A DNA stretch of 64,000 bases from contig CM075992.1 of the NCBI GenBank assembly GCA_038087875.1, forward strand, positions 7,752,001-7,816,000, written 5' to 3'. Position numbers and translations under genes: made by a program. Position 1 is the first letter of the stretch. Each line of letters begins with the position of its first letter. The notes beneath the pieces were generated by a model. It worked only from the letters and a program-made list of their open reading frames with translations. It had not been told where the DNA came from and ran no database searches. The stretch is from Malacoraja senta. Lineage: Eukaryota. This document shows, piece by piece, positions 25,122-39,350 of the stretch.

Positions 25122-25899
25122 TAGATTTTGTATTGAAAGCTAGATTTCAAGAGCTAGAGATCTCTTAAATTGCGTATTTTGTGTTAATTGACATCTGTAA
25201 CCTTCTGCAATACAACCTCACATCTGCCTGGACAGCTTTGATTGTGGAGGCCAAGCCTTTTCTCCGTTGTCTAGTCTCAGGATCATTGCAGTAGGTTGTG
25301 TCCCTGCGACATCTCAGTTTGCACCTCACAGTTGCATTAGGCAGGTTATCCAAGGTTCAAAATCAAGGTCAGACTTTGTCTATTTATACCCGCACCTCAA
25401 AGGAGCAGCTGAGTGGGCGCAGGGATTAACTCGCATGGTAGCTTTCCCATAGTGCAAGCAATATAATGGATTACTCTTATGTAGTATTACTCATTGCAGA
25501 GTCTTCTCTGCTAACTTCCTGCCAGAAACACCTAGCTGTATAGCCCAGGAGGATTTTCTTGGTGCTAACACAAAAAAGAATTCCTGTGAGTACTGTTCTT
25601 CATCAGCCTTTCCTCGTCATCTAACCCTCGGAGAGCACTTTTCCCTCCCACTCATTAGATGTCCACTGGAAACTTGCTGCTTATTTGTTGCATGCCCCTT
25701 GGAGAGCTGCCTGCAGAGAATTTAATTGCCAGAGACAGAGCAGTTTGGTTGATCCCTGGGGTCAGATAGGCCAGAGTAATGAAAGACGGAGAACACAAAC
25801 TCTTCACCTTGTTCAGAAGGTATCTGAGAGGTGCAATGAGAGTAGTGTGAGCAGTCTCGGCGGAGAAGGAATGGAGATGGAAAATCAGTCGTATAACTG

Positions 25900-26081
25900 G
25901 AGATAGGCACAAAATGCTGGAGTAACTCCGTGGGACAGGCAGCATCTCTGGATAGAAGGAACGGGTGACGTCCTGGGTCACCCATTCCTTCTCTCCAGAG
26001 ATTCTGCCTGTCCCACGGAGTTACTCCAGCATTTCATGTCTATCTTCGGTGTATACCAACATCTGCATTTCTTTCCGACAC
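25900..26081. mobile_element. Penelope-derived pLTR mini-element, inverted pair, hammerhead core deleted
   Basis: Near-perfect inverted arms around GGGTGACGTCCTGGGTCACCC. Confidence 0.8.
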
Positions 26082-26176
26082 ATTAATTAAGTATAAAAGG
26101 AGGTTTTGGGCCAATTTCAGAAAATTCTTCTTCATGCAGTGCAATGTACATATGGAAAGAGGTAACGGAGAGGAAA

Positions 26177-26594
26177 GTAGTAGTAGTAGTAGGCCCCTCT
26201 CGGTCATGACTGACCATGGGTGATGCCTCCTGGTCGGATGCAAGCCTGGGCGATGTCATATGGAGGACAGACTGTAGCCCATGCTGCACGTTCCCCCTCT
26301 CCACGTCGCTGATCGATCCAAAGGAACAGCAGGGCCGTTACAGTTTGGCACCAGCGAGCGAGGTTGTAGACAACGACGAACTGCCTTAGGGGCTCCGACT
26401 CCGGATTTTCTTGAGGTTTACTCCAGGAGCCTTTTCCATGACTGGATATGGCCACAAGGCAGTAGAGGTTTTAAACCAGAGTTTTCCCTCTCCTAGATGG
26501 ACTGCCTTCCCAGGGTGACGAGCCTCATCTGCCCGAGACTCATGGGGGCGGGAGCGTCTACCTTCTCGTGTAGGTCTACAGCACCTGCCCACAT
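26177..26594 (-). mobile_element. RTE-derived short non-autonomous element
   Basis: (CTA)n tail on minus strand; RTE-like leader GGCAGTCCATCTAGGAGAGGGAAAACTCTG; TSD CGGAGAGGAAA (26166-26176 / 26595-26605). Confidence 0.7.
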
Positions 26595-29500
26595 CGGAGA
26601 GGAAAAGTGAGACAAAATTGTCAGTTTCATCAAGTGCACTTGGTGCTATCACAGAAATTGATGAAAATCTGTCATCAGACTTTCATCAGATGCTATCACA
26701 GAAATAGACTTGAAAATCTGTCTACATGGATGGTTAATAATTGTCGTGATCAGATCGCCCCTGCACTTACATTGATTGACAGCTGGCAAAAAAATCAAAA
26801 TGCATTTTTATGACCACTATCCAGTACAGGTTCCTCAACCCAATTACTCAGGCACAACTGAATGAATATCATCAGGCCCATTTGGACAGGTACACACTTC
26901 AATCACCACAGTTCAATCATGATCCTGTGAGGATTTTAGGCTTCAAGATTGAAGATGCATAAACAGTAAAACTGAAATGCTCATTATTTCTACAACCAGC
27001 AGGTCTGTTGTTGTCGTACTGAAATAGGTCATTACCTTTACTGGAAATGTTATTATGGAATATAATTTAACCCTGTTACCATTTTTGCAAAAACAGTCTC
27101 GCCAAGTAAATGGTTTATACCCATGCAATCAACAAATAGCAAATCACTGCATGTCATTATTTCATTTGTTTGAATGAAAATGAATTAAAATGTCACAAAG
27201 TTCAATAATTCTATTTATTTCAAGAGCAGCAAGGTACCAATACAGCAGGACTTAACTGTGCAAAAGAACCACCCCTTTCCCTGCCTCGGTGATTTTAATC
27301 ATGCCTATCTCTTAGCAACAAGATCACTAAATTAATCGCATGACATGCTTGACATGATATTTTAGCTGCCCATTTTAGAGGAGTGCTTTAAACATGGGGG
27401 TGTAATTCAACAGTAATTAGAAAACGTCAGAGATGGTACATATGAGCTATGCCATGCTGTCAGAAATGCTCAACATAGTTAGGATGCTGCAGCCTTCCTC
27501 CATGCCACAAACTACATCACTCCCAGCTGCAGCTTAATTTTCTGTGACTTGTCTAATTACTGTAATTAAACATTAATTGCCATTAATTATTCACACATAA
27601 GCTAGTCGCAAGTCAAGTGGTAAAAAACAGATGAAATCTGTCGTACAACTTACATGTGAAAACTGTGCACTGTTCAATGTTGGCAGGTCATTGGGTTTGC
27701 CCATGACAGAACACATGCTTGAAACCCCGAAAATCCTCAGGGCTCTGATGTTGGCCCTGTGGCCTGCAGACACCAGCAGATAAGGCAAAGGCTTGCAATT
27801 ACCAGACGCTCCTGCATCTACACCATCCATTATGCTTAAAGCATCAGCCTTAGAAAGCCCCTTCAATTATCAGGCAACAATGTATAATTAAAAAATAAAC
27901 AATGTATACAAATATTTGACCAATAGTATATTTTTAATTTGAATATTCTATATTTTAAGAAAACTATAAAAGGTTAAGGAGTTATGAAAATCTTGCTCCC
28001 ATATGAAAAGAATCAAAGTTAGTCAGATATCTTCTGCTTCATTTCAGATTTCAAAATAAAGCTCCTCTGCACCAGAGTGTCTAGAAACACATTGGATATG
28101 AAAAAATAACCTGCATCTCCAAACTGGGTTTCAATTACACACAAAAAATTAATTAGGAACAATTTTAAAGGTCAATAAAAAAAACATGTGGAAAAAGTCT
28201 GATTTGACGACAAGATCGCAAGCCTTTTCTGAAAAATGTTTCTTTTTGACGTTAGAGGGAGCACTAACATAGCCAACTGCAGAATTACCGTCGATGGTTG
28301 AAAAGCAAGTCACACCAATTTTCTCTTGAATCTGATGATGCAAATTAAGCACTCAAAAGATTCGATTGACTGAGTGGCGCTGCTGTTGTGCAGAAGATTT
28401 TGCTAAGTACAAATTGAGAATGCTGGAAATATTTAACAGGTCGAAGCTGATACCTCTGACAATAGGTTACTGATCTGAAATTTAACCTAATATGTTTGCC
28501 CCTCTTCAGATGCTGTCCATCCAGTATGTAATGAATTTATTCCATAACAAAGTAAAAGCAGATGGTTAAGTTATCTTTATGAAGCAAAATCTAATCACAA
28601 ATTTTATGAAACAGTGTAATCAAATTACGCTGTCTAAATTGATCTGAACCAAAAATAACAAGGTAAGCTAATCAGATATAATATTATTTACTACATGGTG
28701 CAGAGTTTAACTCTCAATCCACCTTGATCAAGAAGAATGCCTGTTACCAATCACGTAAGTATAAATATTATTATTCTGACCAAGGCACCTAATGTGTCTC
28801 AGACCACTTACGTTTGTAAAATCCTGCATCTTCTGAACACGGCTACATCTACTCATCAGACACATCGTGTATAGCAGGCAATCTTTGAATAAGGTGAAAA
28901 TGTTGGTCATAAATTACTGTGCCAAATTCATGTGGTATAACTGTTAAAATATTAAACAGCATTTCAGGCATAATACTGGGTTCCCACAAACTGCCAATTA
29001 AACTTTTCATTTCAAATGGCATATAGAGATGATGCACTTGAAGCAGAAAAAGTAGTGCGTAAATCCATAACTACCCCATGTATTGTGGTGAATCATTATT
29101 CACCAGATGCTTACCAAAGCTGACAAATTCCTGCCAAGTGCACAGCGTACAAAGAACAGGTCTGTAGAATACCACTTGAGTGAATATACTGGGTTAGGTC
29201 TTTTCGTACTGAATAACATGAGTATTTCAGTAATGTGTTACTCTCATTTCAGAGAGCAGAATTGCAAACTGAAGTATTTCATCTCAAGACGTGTTTTTGA
29301 GACAGAAAGAAGGATTTCATAGATTTGAAGATGTGGTTAGAAGTGATAGTAGCAGAACAAAATGTGTAGTATAAGCAGGAATACATCATTGAGTTTGATT
29401 AAATGGCTTCACTTAGAAATGACATCAAATTACATTCTAGATTTGAGTTCCTGTGATGGAAGATGTATTTTATGTAATCATTTACATAAAAAGGGGAATA

Positions 29501-30096
29501 TTGTGCTATTGTAATACACTCTATGTAGTATTGCAAAAATACATCATGTTCTACCCAGAACTGCAGAATACAATGTCAACTTTGGCTTATGCGAAGGAAA
29601 ATGTGTAGATCTGTTTAAGATAGCAACTCTGAGTAATAATAAATATACAATAACTGCATGGAGTTTAATCAGATGAAAATCTAAGATTATTTGATATCTG
29701 CACAATATCATTAAGGAATGTGCAGAATGATTAGATTATAAATGCATTTTTGCCTTAAGCTCCATGGATGGCTGACCCATACATCAAAACCAATCCCAAA
29801 TTCAGTCTCCAGGCTGTGTTACTTTTTTGTAAAAGGCTTTGGTCCCCAGGGCTAAAAAGAGAAAAGGCTACAGATGTACTTGAGCTCAATTTCGGTCAAG
29901 GACAGGAAAAGGCATGATTATGATACTCCGGTGAACAAATACTTCCCAGTGCTTGCCGCTGAAGGGCCATGCATGAAAAGCGAGCAATTAAGGTATTAAC
30001 AGCAGTCATTACCTATGACAATGTAACTCTGTTAGAAATCAATGTCTCTGAGATTGCTGAGGGGAAAAAGTTGGTCTATAAAAATGATCACTGAAA

Positions 30097-30180
30097 AGAA
30101 AAGATTTGCATTTATATAGCACTTTTCATGACATGATTTCCCAAAATGCTTTACAGCCAAGTGTAGTCATTGTTAATACC
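30097..30180 (-). mobile_element. Old SINE 3'-end remnant (DeuSINE/SacSINE1-like)
   Basis: TTGCATTTATATAGCACTTTTCATGAC..CCCAAAATGCTTTACAGCCAA..GTGTAGTCATTGTT; family assignment from memory. Confidence 0.45.
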
Positions 30181-30776
30181 GCTGCATGTACAAATCACAG
30201 CATGCTTTGTGTTCTCGCCCTCAAAATAAACTGCCATTAAGCATTTTGTTGGAATGTTTAACCTGAAATGTACTCTAAATTCTGAACAGATGGCATTTAA
30301 AAAAAATCCACTCACATGGTATGTCCTTCTCTAATTTCCCCAGATCTGAGGAGGCAGCTGATTGCTTTTAAACCACAGTCGTGAGTCCACACTAAATAAG
30401 GATGGGAGATTTTCCTCCCTGAAGGACATGAGTGAATCAGTCAGTAGTTTCAAGACTATTATTTTAACTCCGGACCTGTTTATCACGTAAATTTAATTTC
30501 CCCAGATGATGGGATTCATGCTCAAGTCTCTTTCTCAACGGTTCAGATCTCCACTCACTAATTCACACACTAGCCATAACTGGCCCAATCTGAGCTATCT
30601 GTACTAATATATTAATAAGCAATTACCACTTTCAACTAGAGGTGTGTATTAAGTAGGTCCTTCCTATTACCAGCATCTTGACAGAATAATTTTAAAAATG
30701 CAACCTTAAAGGCTATAAATAAGAATAATAATTCTCCACAAACAAGTGTAGCTGAAGAACTGACATTTACACCAAG

Positions 30777-31019
30777 TACGCTTTACCTCCCCCCTCGACT
30801 CCATCCAAGGACCCAAGCAGTCTTTCCAGGTGAGGCAGAGGTTCACCTGCACCCCCTCCAACCTCATCTATTGCATCCGCTGCTTTAGGTGTCAACTGCT
30901 CTACATCGGTGAGACCAAGCGCAGGCTTGGCGATCGCTTCGCCCAACACCTCCGCACAGTCCGCATTAACCAACCCGATCTCCCGGTGGCTCAGCACTTC
31001 AACTCCCCCTCCCATTCCG
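30777..31019 (+). mobile_element. Penelope-like GIY-YIG endonuclease fragment
   Basis: RQRFTCTPSNLIYCIRCFRCQLLYIGETKRRLGDRFAQHL (LIY..YIG motif). Confidence 0.9.
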
Positions 31020-31139
31020 TATCCCAGTTTAGACCAAGTACAATGTGGTAACATGAAAATCAGTATTATGGCTTGCTCATATGTCCATGTAGATCAGAGC
31101 AGATTGAAGGGTAAAAAGGGGAAACTGTATATCTTTAGC

Positions 31140-31282
31140 CCTTGTGGCTAAAGGGATCAGGGGGTATGGAGAGAAGGCAGGTACAGGATACTGAGTTGGA
31201 TGATCATATTGAATGGCGGTGCAGGCTCGAAGGGCCGAATGGCCTACTCCTGTACCTATTTTCTATGTTTCTATGTTTCTAA
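31140..31282 (+). mobile_element. CR1 3' end
   Basis: TGAATGGCGGTGCAGGCTCGAAGGGCCGAATGGCCTACTCC followed by a (TTTCTATG)n tail. Confidence 0.85.
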
Positions 31283-32218
31283 TGCCCTCAGCAGTAAACA
31301 GTGAAGATAGGAAATACAGATTGCAAAGAAATATTAATTAAGTGGTCGGACACAACCGTGACACTCGGTGTTCAATGTGAGAATGAAGTCCATTTTGGAG
31401 CCTAGATACACCAGAGAATTTTCCTATACTGAGAAACTAGAAACTGGCTGAGTCAAGATTTAAGAATCCAAGTATGGAAGTCAATAAAACCAATGGCCAG
31501 GCACAAAACCTAAACAGGTGAATAGATTGCTTTTTTTCTCATGGCTAGAACACAATTTATTTAGAAGTTACTTTATAGAGGTTCAAGGCTCTGGTTAGAG
31601 CCCCATCTAGAGCACTGCACATGCTTCACAATACCATATTCTGATGAGGACAAGTTCTGATGACCTTAGTTCTCGCTGCCTCTCCATAAATCTAACATGA
31701 AATACTTATTTGCAGCAATTTCTCTTTTCATTTCAGAAAGAAATACTAAATGGTGCAGTGAAGATCACTAAAGTGCTACTGAATATGAAAGAGTAATATT
31801 GAGCACAGGTTGTATTTCACGGAATATAAAATATTAAAGGCTGTTTAAAGACTTTCATTGGATAGGGAAAAATACAGTGTGCTCTGGTGAAGCAGCACAC
31901 AACAATAGGTCATAAGCTTAAAATTAGAGCTAGATAATGAAGATTTGATTCACAAAGACATTTCTTCACCCAAATATTAGTGAAAATCTGTAACTCTTTC
32001 CATCAAAATTTCAAAACAAGTGATCAAAACAAAACCCGAAACGTTACCCATTCCTTCTCTCCAGAGTTGCTGCCTGTCCTGCTGAATTACTCCAGCATTT
32101 TGTGTCTATGATCGATCTTTAGAGTGCTCGCGGTTAAGCTGGGTAAACTGAGCTCAGGTAACTGAGCTGTCATTGCATTTATTCAACAGTGTAGGTGTGA
32201 CCACCTGCTGCTTCTTTA

Positions 32219-32373
32219 AGGGCCTGTCCCACTTGAGCGTCATTTGCGCGTCACGCAGTTGGCGCGCGAAGATTTTGTGAATCCCAAAATCCTGGGGCGC
32301 CGCGCGTGACGCGTGACGCGTAAATGATGTCGCGTAAATGATGCGCAAATAATGCCCAAGTGGGACAGGCCCT
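32219..32373. mobile_element. PIF/Harbinger-type MITE (155 bp)
   Basis: TTA|AGGGCCTGTCCCACTTG ... CAAGTGGGACAGGCCCT|TTA. Confidence 0.85.
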
Positions 32374-32632
32374 TTAGGGCGCTGGATTTCAAATAGCTGA
32401 CAGCCACAAGCCCAAAATTAATTTGTAGGCAAAAATCTGCATTTTAAATGAATTGCCTCCCAAAAATTGCTTTTCCTTTTGCCAAATCTCACTGCCACAA
32501 CTACCCATATCTTCTAGAAATGATTCCATGGGCACACAAATCCTCTTCATGCATGTGCCCAGATGAAGCATATTTTCAGCTGGTGAATGGTGCCGCAAAG
32601 TAGCAAACTTGGTTGCAGAGTAGTAAGACTTA

Positions 32633-32959
32633 AAGCCCACTGTACGAGTTCATTCAAAGAGTTCTCACGAGTTTGCCCTGATTTGAACTCGGAGATTTAC
32701 GGTAATGGCCGCTCGTCGGTACTCGGGGCTCTCGTGGACATTTTTCAACAATCTTTTCAACAATGTTGAAAAATCTTCACGAGTCTTCCCGAGCTTATCG
32801 CGTTTCCCGAGTACCTGCCGTTAGCGTTACGAGCTGCTAAGAGACGTCCCCGAGCTCCGACGTACCCGCTATGTTCATTCCACGTGCTTACCACGAGTTT
32901 GATTTTTTTTTTAAACTCGGGAGAGCACTTGAATGAACTCGTACAGTGGGACAGGGCTT
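32633..32959. mobile_element. PIF/Harbinger-type MITE, same family as 35760-36077
   Basis: TIR CACTGTACGAGTTCATTCAA / TTGAATGAACTCGTACAGTGGGACAGGGCT; 6-bp deletion in the left TIR. Confidence 0.85.
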
Positions 32960-35759
32960 TAAGTAAACTTGGTTGAGTATTTCCTTCTTTAGACCGGAGA
33001 AATGTGGCTCCTTGTGCTGCCGTTACTGTGCGTCCTAACTAAGAGTGGAATAAATTATTTCTTGAAACTGGGACACGGACAGGTTTGGTGTTGCATCAAA
33101 CAATTGTTTAAGCCACAAGGCCATTGTGGGAATACAATTGGTTTATTAACTAACTTCATGAGAGATATGAAAGGATAACAATTGAAAGTAACTCAGCTTG
33201 ACATAATTTCCCCTATCACTTCATTTTGTTCTTAACATCTGCACCACAATGATCATATATGTGCTTTCCTCCCAAGTCAAAAATTACTACTTATTGGCAG
33301 AGACATCATTTGGAAGGCTAAATCTCAGAAGTAATGCTTATCATATAAATACACAGCGCTTCTTTGTTAGGAGTGCTATTGCATGAAAATAGGTTAAAAA
33401 ATATCAGGAAAGCTTGTAAAAGTAATCCTAATATCTTCTTTTTCCCCCTTCCCTTCTCCCACTAGCATGCTGCAAGTTCTGTAAAATACAGCTTAGTTTC
33501 TATTAAAAATGTTTTGTAAATCTGAGACCAACATTCATTCTTGTACAGAAGGCATTTAACAAGCCTGCTAAGAGAGAAGACATAATATCTTTAATGCATC
33601 CAGTGTAATGATGAGAATGACATACACAGGATGAAGTGGACTTGCCTGCAGGTAATTATACAGTGCATGGCTGGTGAATCATCACTCACTATTTCCATTA
33701 TGGCAATTCATCTCTCTAGAAGCATCTCCATGAGACTGATGCAGGGAGAAGTCTCAGTGGCTCAAAGCAGTGGGGGAGGATGGCAAAAAAGCTCACACAA
33801 AGCTTTAAGCATGAATATTGAAAGTCTTTTGGCATCATTTTTTCAATATTCATTTGAAGCTGATTTGTGTGACTGAGTTGGGTATCAATATTAACCCAAC
33901 AGGGAAGCCTTATCCACACTTTTAACAGGCATAAGTGCATGGGGGCTGGTTCAAATGCATATAAATAAGTGCATTAAAAAAACAAAAATTATACGATTTT
34001 TGCAACTATTCCAGTAACTATATCTGGTCCGTTGCAAAGGCTAGATGGAAAATTAATGAGTACAATGCCACCACGCTAAGCATCTATGATGGTGACATTG
34101 TCATGAGCATAAGGTTAAATGCAAAGCCTGCAAATTCTATGCAGCGATTCTATCTGTGAGGTGCACAGGGTGTGGGGACAACTATATTGTTGAAACTAAC
34201 AAACTAAAAAAACATAGAGAATCAAATGCATAAGCATTGTGGTTTGCTAATCTTTTTAATTGTAATTTTTTTTTTCTTTGCTCATTTTTTCAACATCCAG
34301 TCACATGCAATTAAGCTACTACTTGCATTCATGAGTGTCAAGCAGAGGTGCAGTGAGAGAATAATAGTCAGTCACCACAAACAATTATTATGTTGGGCAT
34401 AAGAGACTTTAAGAAGGAATTAATAGGAAAAGGAGTCACTTTCAATCCCAAGGGGCTGTCTGAGAAGGAAAAATAGAAAAATAAAATTGGAGTCCACACA
34501 GCAATTCAATTCTTATTCACATTATTTTTATTTTTTTAAACTTTTGCTGTCTCTTTACTGGAGATTAAAGATTAGAAGAGAAAAAAGTGATAGAAAAAAA
34601 TGACGACCAAAACAAATGAACACAAGGGATTGTAGCCCTTGAGCCTACTCTGCCATTCAGTACGCCAACTGTACTTGCCTGCCTGACTCCCCCTAACCTC
34701 TGGATTCCCTTATAGCCCCCAAATCTTTCTATCACAGCCTTGAATACCCTTAATAACTCTCCACCCACAGCTCTCAGGGCTAGTTAATTTATTATGAAGA
34801 TTCACAACCTTCAAATCAGAAATTCCTTGTCAATTCAGTCTTAAATCAGACGTTGCTTATCCTGAGCCTATTTTCCCCGAGTTCTTGCCTATCCAGCCAG
34901 AGGAAATATCTTTTCTACATCAAATCTCCTCGGAATCTTATAACATCACTTCTCATCCTTTTAAACTCATATTCACCTAAAGGAGGAAGGATGCAAGAAG
35001 AGGGAGGCAAAAACAAAAGACAGCCAGCAGGGAAGAACATAGACATGACTGTGTGAACTGGAGCTGAAAATGGAGATCCACTGTGCATGCTAATTGGCAA
35101 ATTGATTTTATAGGAAATATGGGCAATGGAATAGCAGCTCCGACCCAGTTTTATCCCTGCAAATATAAATGATTCAAGAGATTCAGTGATGAGGGGATGG
35201 GGAGGTTTCGAGTCACCACTTCAATATTAGACCTATATAAAAAAATTAAAAAGCTGAAGATACTCAGCAGGTCAGAGAGAAACAAAGTAAATGGTTCTGT
35301 ATGAAGTCCTTTCATCAAAAACTTATCTGATGAAAGGTCTTCGTCCTAAAATGTTTACTTTGATTGGCTCTCCACCTCTAGCAACTTCTATTTTTATTCA
35401 GGAATTACGATTTCTTTTTTTTTGTAAACAGACTTGTAGAATGCTCTACAAAGAGGGAAAACGTTAAGAAAAGATCTAGATGGCAACAAACCAAGGTCCA
35501 CGCTCCAGCAACTGTCTAAAAAACATTGCCAGCCAGATCATGAGATCATCACATACTCATCCATTTGTGATGGAATCATTTGATTCACCTGGAAGGAGAA
35601 ATGACTGAAAAAAAGAGATGAATCTTAAAATAAATGAATGAGTGGATTGGGATTGTGTCACTGTACACAAAAGCGTGCAATGGACTAGATGGGTACAGCA
35701 GTAGGGAACCCATTGTCATGAACCTTCTGTCATTAACCATTGCCGTAAACTTATATTTA

Positions 35760-36077
35760 AAGCCCTGTCCCACTGTACGAGTTCATTCAAGAGTTCTCCC
35801 GAGTTTGCCTTGATTCGAACTCGGAGATTTACAGTAATGGCCGCTTGTCGGTACTCGCGGCTCTCGTGGACATTTTTCAACATGTTGAAAAATCTTCACG
35901 AGTCTTCCCGAGCTTACCGCGTTTCCCGAGTACGTGCCGTTAGCGTTACGAGCCGCTAAGAGACGTCCCCGAGCTCCGACGTACCCGCTACGTACATTCT
36001 ACGTGCTTCCACGTGTTTGATTATTTTTTTTTACTCGGGAGAGCACTTGAATTAGCTCGTACAGTGGGACAGGGCCA
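35760..36077. mobile_element. PIF/Harbinger-type MITE
   Basis: TTA|AAGCCCTGTCCCACTGTACGAG ... CTCGTACAGTGGGACAGGGCCA|TTA; interior nearly identical to 32633-32959. Confidence 0.85.
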
Positions 36078-37526
36078 TTAAGAATGTACTCTATCCTGCA
36101 ATCTGTCTGGTGTTCAGTATTGGTGAGGGGGGGTAGGTAAGGTTGGCCAGACAGCACAGCTCAAAGATGTTTGCAGGGAGAAATGGAGGGGCACTGGAGC
36201 CCGCAATTATGGGAATGGGAAAGGGAGGACGTTCAGAGGGAGCCTAGCAGAGATGGTTAAATATTTGCCAGAGAAATTGGAGAAAGTGGGGGGAGGAGTG
36301 GAATACACCTTCTGAAGTCTGGAGCCAACGAATTGGGGCTTGGGGGTTATGAAGTTAAATGTGGCTCATCCAGAGCATACGGTGAGGGGCTAGGTCAATG
36401 GTGGAGGGAAAGCATGAGTGGCAAGGAAGATGGATGATAATAGATTTGAAGATGAGGCCATCTATCAATAACGTTTGGAGGTTCCAGTCTGGCTCATCTC
36501 ATTGAAGCATTATTCCAAGAATGCTCAATAAAGCGACCTCCCAGGACGATGGAGATCAAGTTCACCGTCACTTCTCCAAAAGGTGTCGTGCACAGTGAAT
36601 GAGCCCATTACATGTGCTCTTAATACAGAAATTGTGCCACACACCTGCAAATGCCTGGCTACATTTCAGGAATGACACGCACTATCCAGAAATGGTTGTT
36701 ACCAGATTTCACTCTGGAAAAATAAAATCAATACTCAATTGCCTGGTACTGAAAACAGCAGCACTTACAATTGAATTTTGAGGCAATGATTTTCTCAATC
36801 CGGCTGGTCATAGGCACAAATTCCTGTCAAAACCAACATTCAGATTTAGTTAATCTATTAACATTCAGTCAGTCCCCATCAGTCCACTGAATGACTGCCC
36901 GATTGTGAAACAAATCATTTCAAATCTGAAACCTTTAAAAAACAACTGCAACAAAGGAAGTATACATTCTGCCTTGATATTACACCAAAAAACGCAGCTC
37001 ATTTTCACCTAACAAAACGAAGGGGAAGAAATGGCAATGAGATTCCTACTCAGAATTTTTAGAAAGGAGGGAGGAATTAAAAGGAATGTAGATATGTAAC
37101 CAGCACAGAATACTTCAATCCTAAATGTTTAAGCGAAACCACTTATTTAAAAAAAGCTTGCAGATAGGTGATATTGCACACTCCACAGCTGACAGTAGCC
37201 ATGAGTGAATAATGACTCTCTTCACACAACTAAGGTGCACACTCTGTTTCATGGCCTGGGATGTGTTGACATCTTCACCAAATAATTTAAGTAATAAACG
37301 ACAGTGTCTGGGGAATGTACAATGAAATAACCTAGAGCACAGGAACTTCAGTAGATCAACAGCATCTGTCAGCAACAAGGTTTTGTCTTCACATTGTAAT
37401 GTCATAAACTGCTGTATATTATCATAAGTCATGTGTTTGCATGGACACATTGTACGTGTATTCATGTTTATTGACTACTGTAAAATAATTCACTGATAAG
37501 TACTATTTTAATAAGAAAAAAATAAA

Positions 37527-37730
37527 AAACAAATTGCTGGAGGAAATCAGCGGGTCATGCAGCATCTGTGGAGGGAATGGCCTGATTACATTTCGGGTCA
37601 GGACCGTTCTTCAGATTGTGTCTTCAAACGCCGCCTGTCCATTCCTTCCACAGATGCTGCCTAATCTGCTGAATTCCTCCAGCAATTTGCTTTTTGCTCA
37701 AGATTCCAACATCTGCAATTTCTTGTGTCT
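37527..37730. mobile_element. Older Penelope-derived pLTR inverted pair
   Basis: AAATTGCTGGAGGAA..GCAGCATCTGTGGAGGGAATGG and its reverse complement. Confidence 0.7.
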
Positions 37731-38099
37731 CAACAAAAAGATATGGACTGAAAGGCCAGAAAAAGACTACATGACTGTACATAGTTGGAGCAGAATGTAG
37801 CAATTCAGCTCAATTTGCTTGAGCGATCCAAAATTAATTAAATTTTTTACATCTTAGTTTGAAATAGATCAAATTTTTCTTTTAAAGGTGGAATCTTTTC
37901 AACCACATACCAAGAAGTAGATGATCCATCCTGGCTACCTCTCAAGGTCCTTGGTTTCACACAAACCTGGATTCACTCTATGTCAAAAAATAGATGGAAG
38001 CAATGGATCAACAAAAGCGATGACATTAGACTAATATACACCTCTCGCTAAATAGTTCCAGTACAGTTACAATATAGCAGCCATCTGACATCCTTTTTG

Positions 38100-39350
38100 T
38101 CCCGCTCACAAAAATCCAGACAAATCTAATGCAGGTAATTACAATTCCACCCATCTCCCCTTCTCAACAGCAGCGTTAACCAACACTTGGAAATCATCTT
38201 AATCTGTTTACTGATTTCCAGTTTGAACTTTTGCCAAAACTACTCAGCTCCAGACTTCATTGTGGCTTTGGTCTAAATATAATCAAACAAGCTAACAAGA
38301 GAGACTGCCCTTGAGATATTTAACCAAACATCAGAGAACCTCAGAAAAGTATGAAGACAATAGAATCGAAGGAAAAACTTATCTTTAAGTGGAGTCATCC
38401 TTCACACAAAGAAAGGTGGCCGTGGTTGTCAGTCTGCTAATATCCTCTGCCCCAAGATATTGCTACAGGAGTTCCTTCAGGTAGTTTCCATCTTCAACAA
38501 CTACATCAGTAATGCTCCTTCCATTACTAGGTCAGATGGGTTATTCACTGCTGATGGCATCCACTACATTTGCATCACCTCAGAATATCCCATGTGAACA
38601 TAAAAACGCTGAGGCTTTAGCCTGAGTGAAAATAACATTCATGCATATGAGAGGCAATGGTCATTACCAAAAACAGATTCTAACTACCTACCCTCGATGT
38701 TCAAGGGCATCACCACTGCCAAGTCCCTTATCATCAACATCCACAGTAGCCATTCACCAGGAACTTAAATGGACCAGCTTTGTAATTCTGTGACTATAGC
38801 AGTTGGCTTAAAGTTCAGCAGCTCACAACTGATTCCCAAAGCCCGTCTACCATCTGGAATGTATACGGCACAAGTTGATGGAACATTCTCCACTTAAGTG
38901 GGTGAAAGCATTTCCAAGGGAACTCAAGACATTCAACACTATTAAGCTGTGAAGAGGGGTCTCGACCCGAAACTTCACCCATTTCTTCTATTCAGAGATG
39001 CATCCTGTGATACTCCAGCATTTTGTGTCTATTTAAGGTCTAGAACTCCCCCCTTCACCAATATAAGCATTCACTTCCTCTACCATAGCTAAAAAAAAAC
39101 ACATTGTAACATCTTTGAATTGTTTCGCAAAACTGTGATCTTAACCACCAAAAGAATGTGGACAGCAGATATAAGCGAACTTAAATGTTACACATATGTC
39201 ACCAATCATTTTGATTTGGTATTATATCACGATTTTTTAATCCTTAATGAGTTGAAATCTTGGGACAAATATTAGGAGTACTATTAGCACAGAGACTAGA
39301 GGATCTCATCAATACTTTCTCAGTGGCAATAAATACCGGACTTGCTAGCT
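38100..39350 (+). mobile_element. Old, highly degenerate L2/CR1-group LINE with a pLTR insert at ~38948-39032
   Basis: RT remnants ACTGCCCTTGAGATA (TALD-like), GGAGTTCCTTCAGGTAGT (GVPQGS-like); 3' end GGCAATAAATACCGGACTTGC; boundaries approximate. Confidence 0.55.

Noticed and set aside
26520..26594. Possible HDV-like ribozyme at the 5' end of the RTE-derived element
   Set aside because: By eye I find only an imperfect hairpin, not the P1-P2-P3-L3-P1.1-P4-J4/2 order.
32630..32962. TTAA flanks suggesting Kolobok or piggyBac
   Set aside because: Sibling elements and the empty-site comparison at 52837/54013 fit a 3-bp TWA duplication better.
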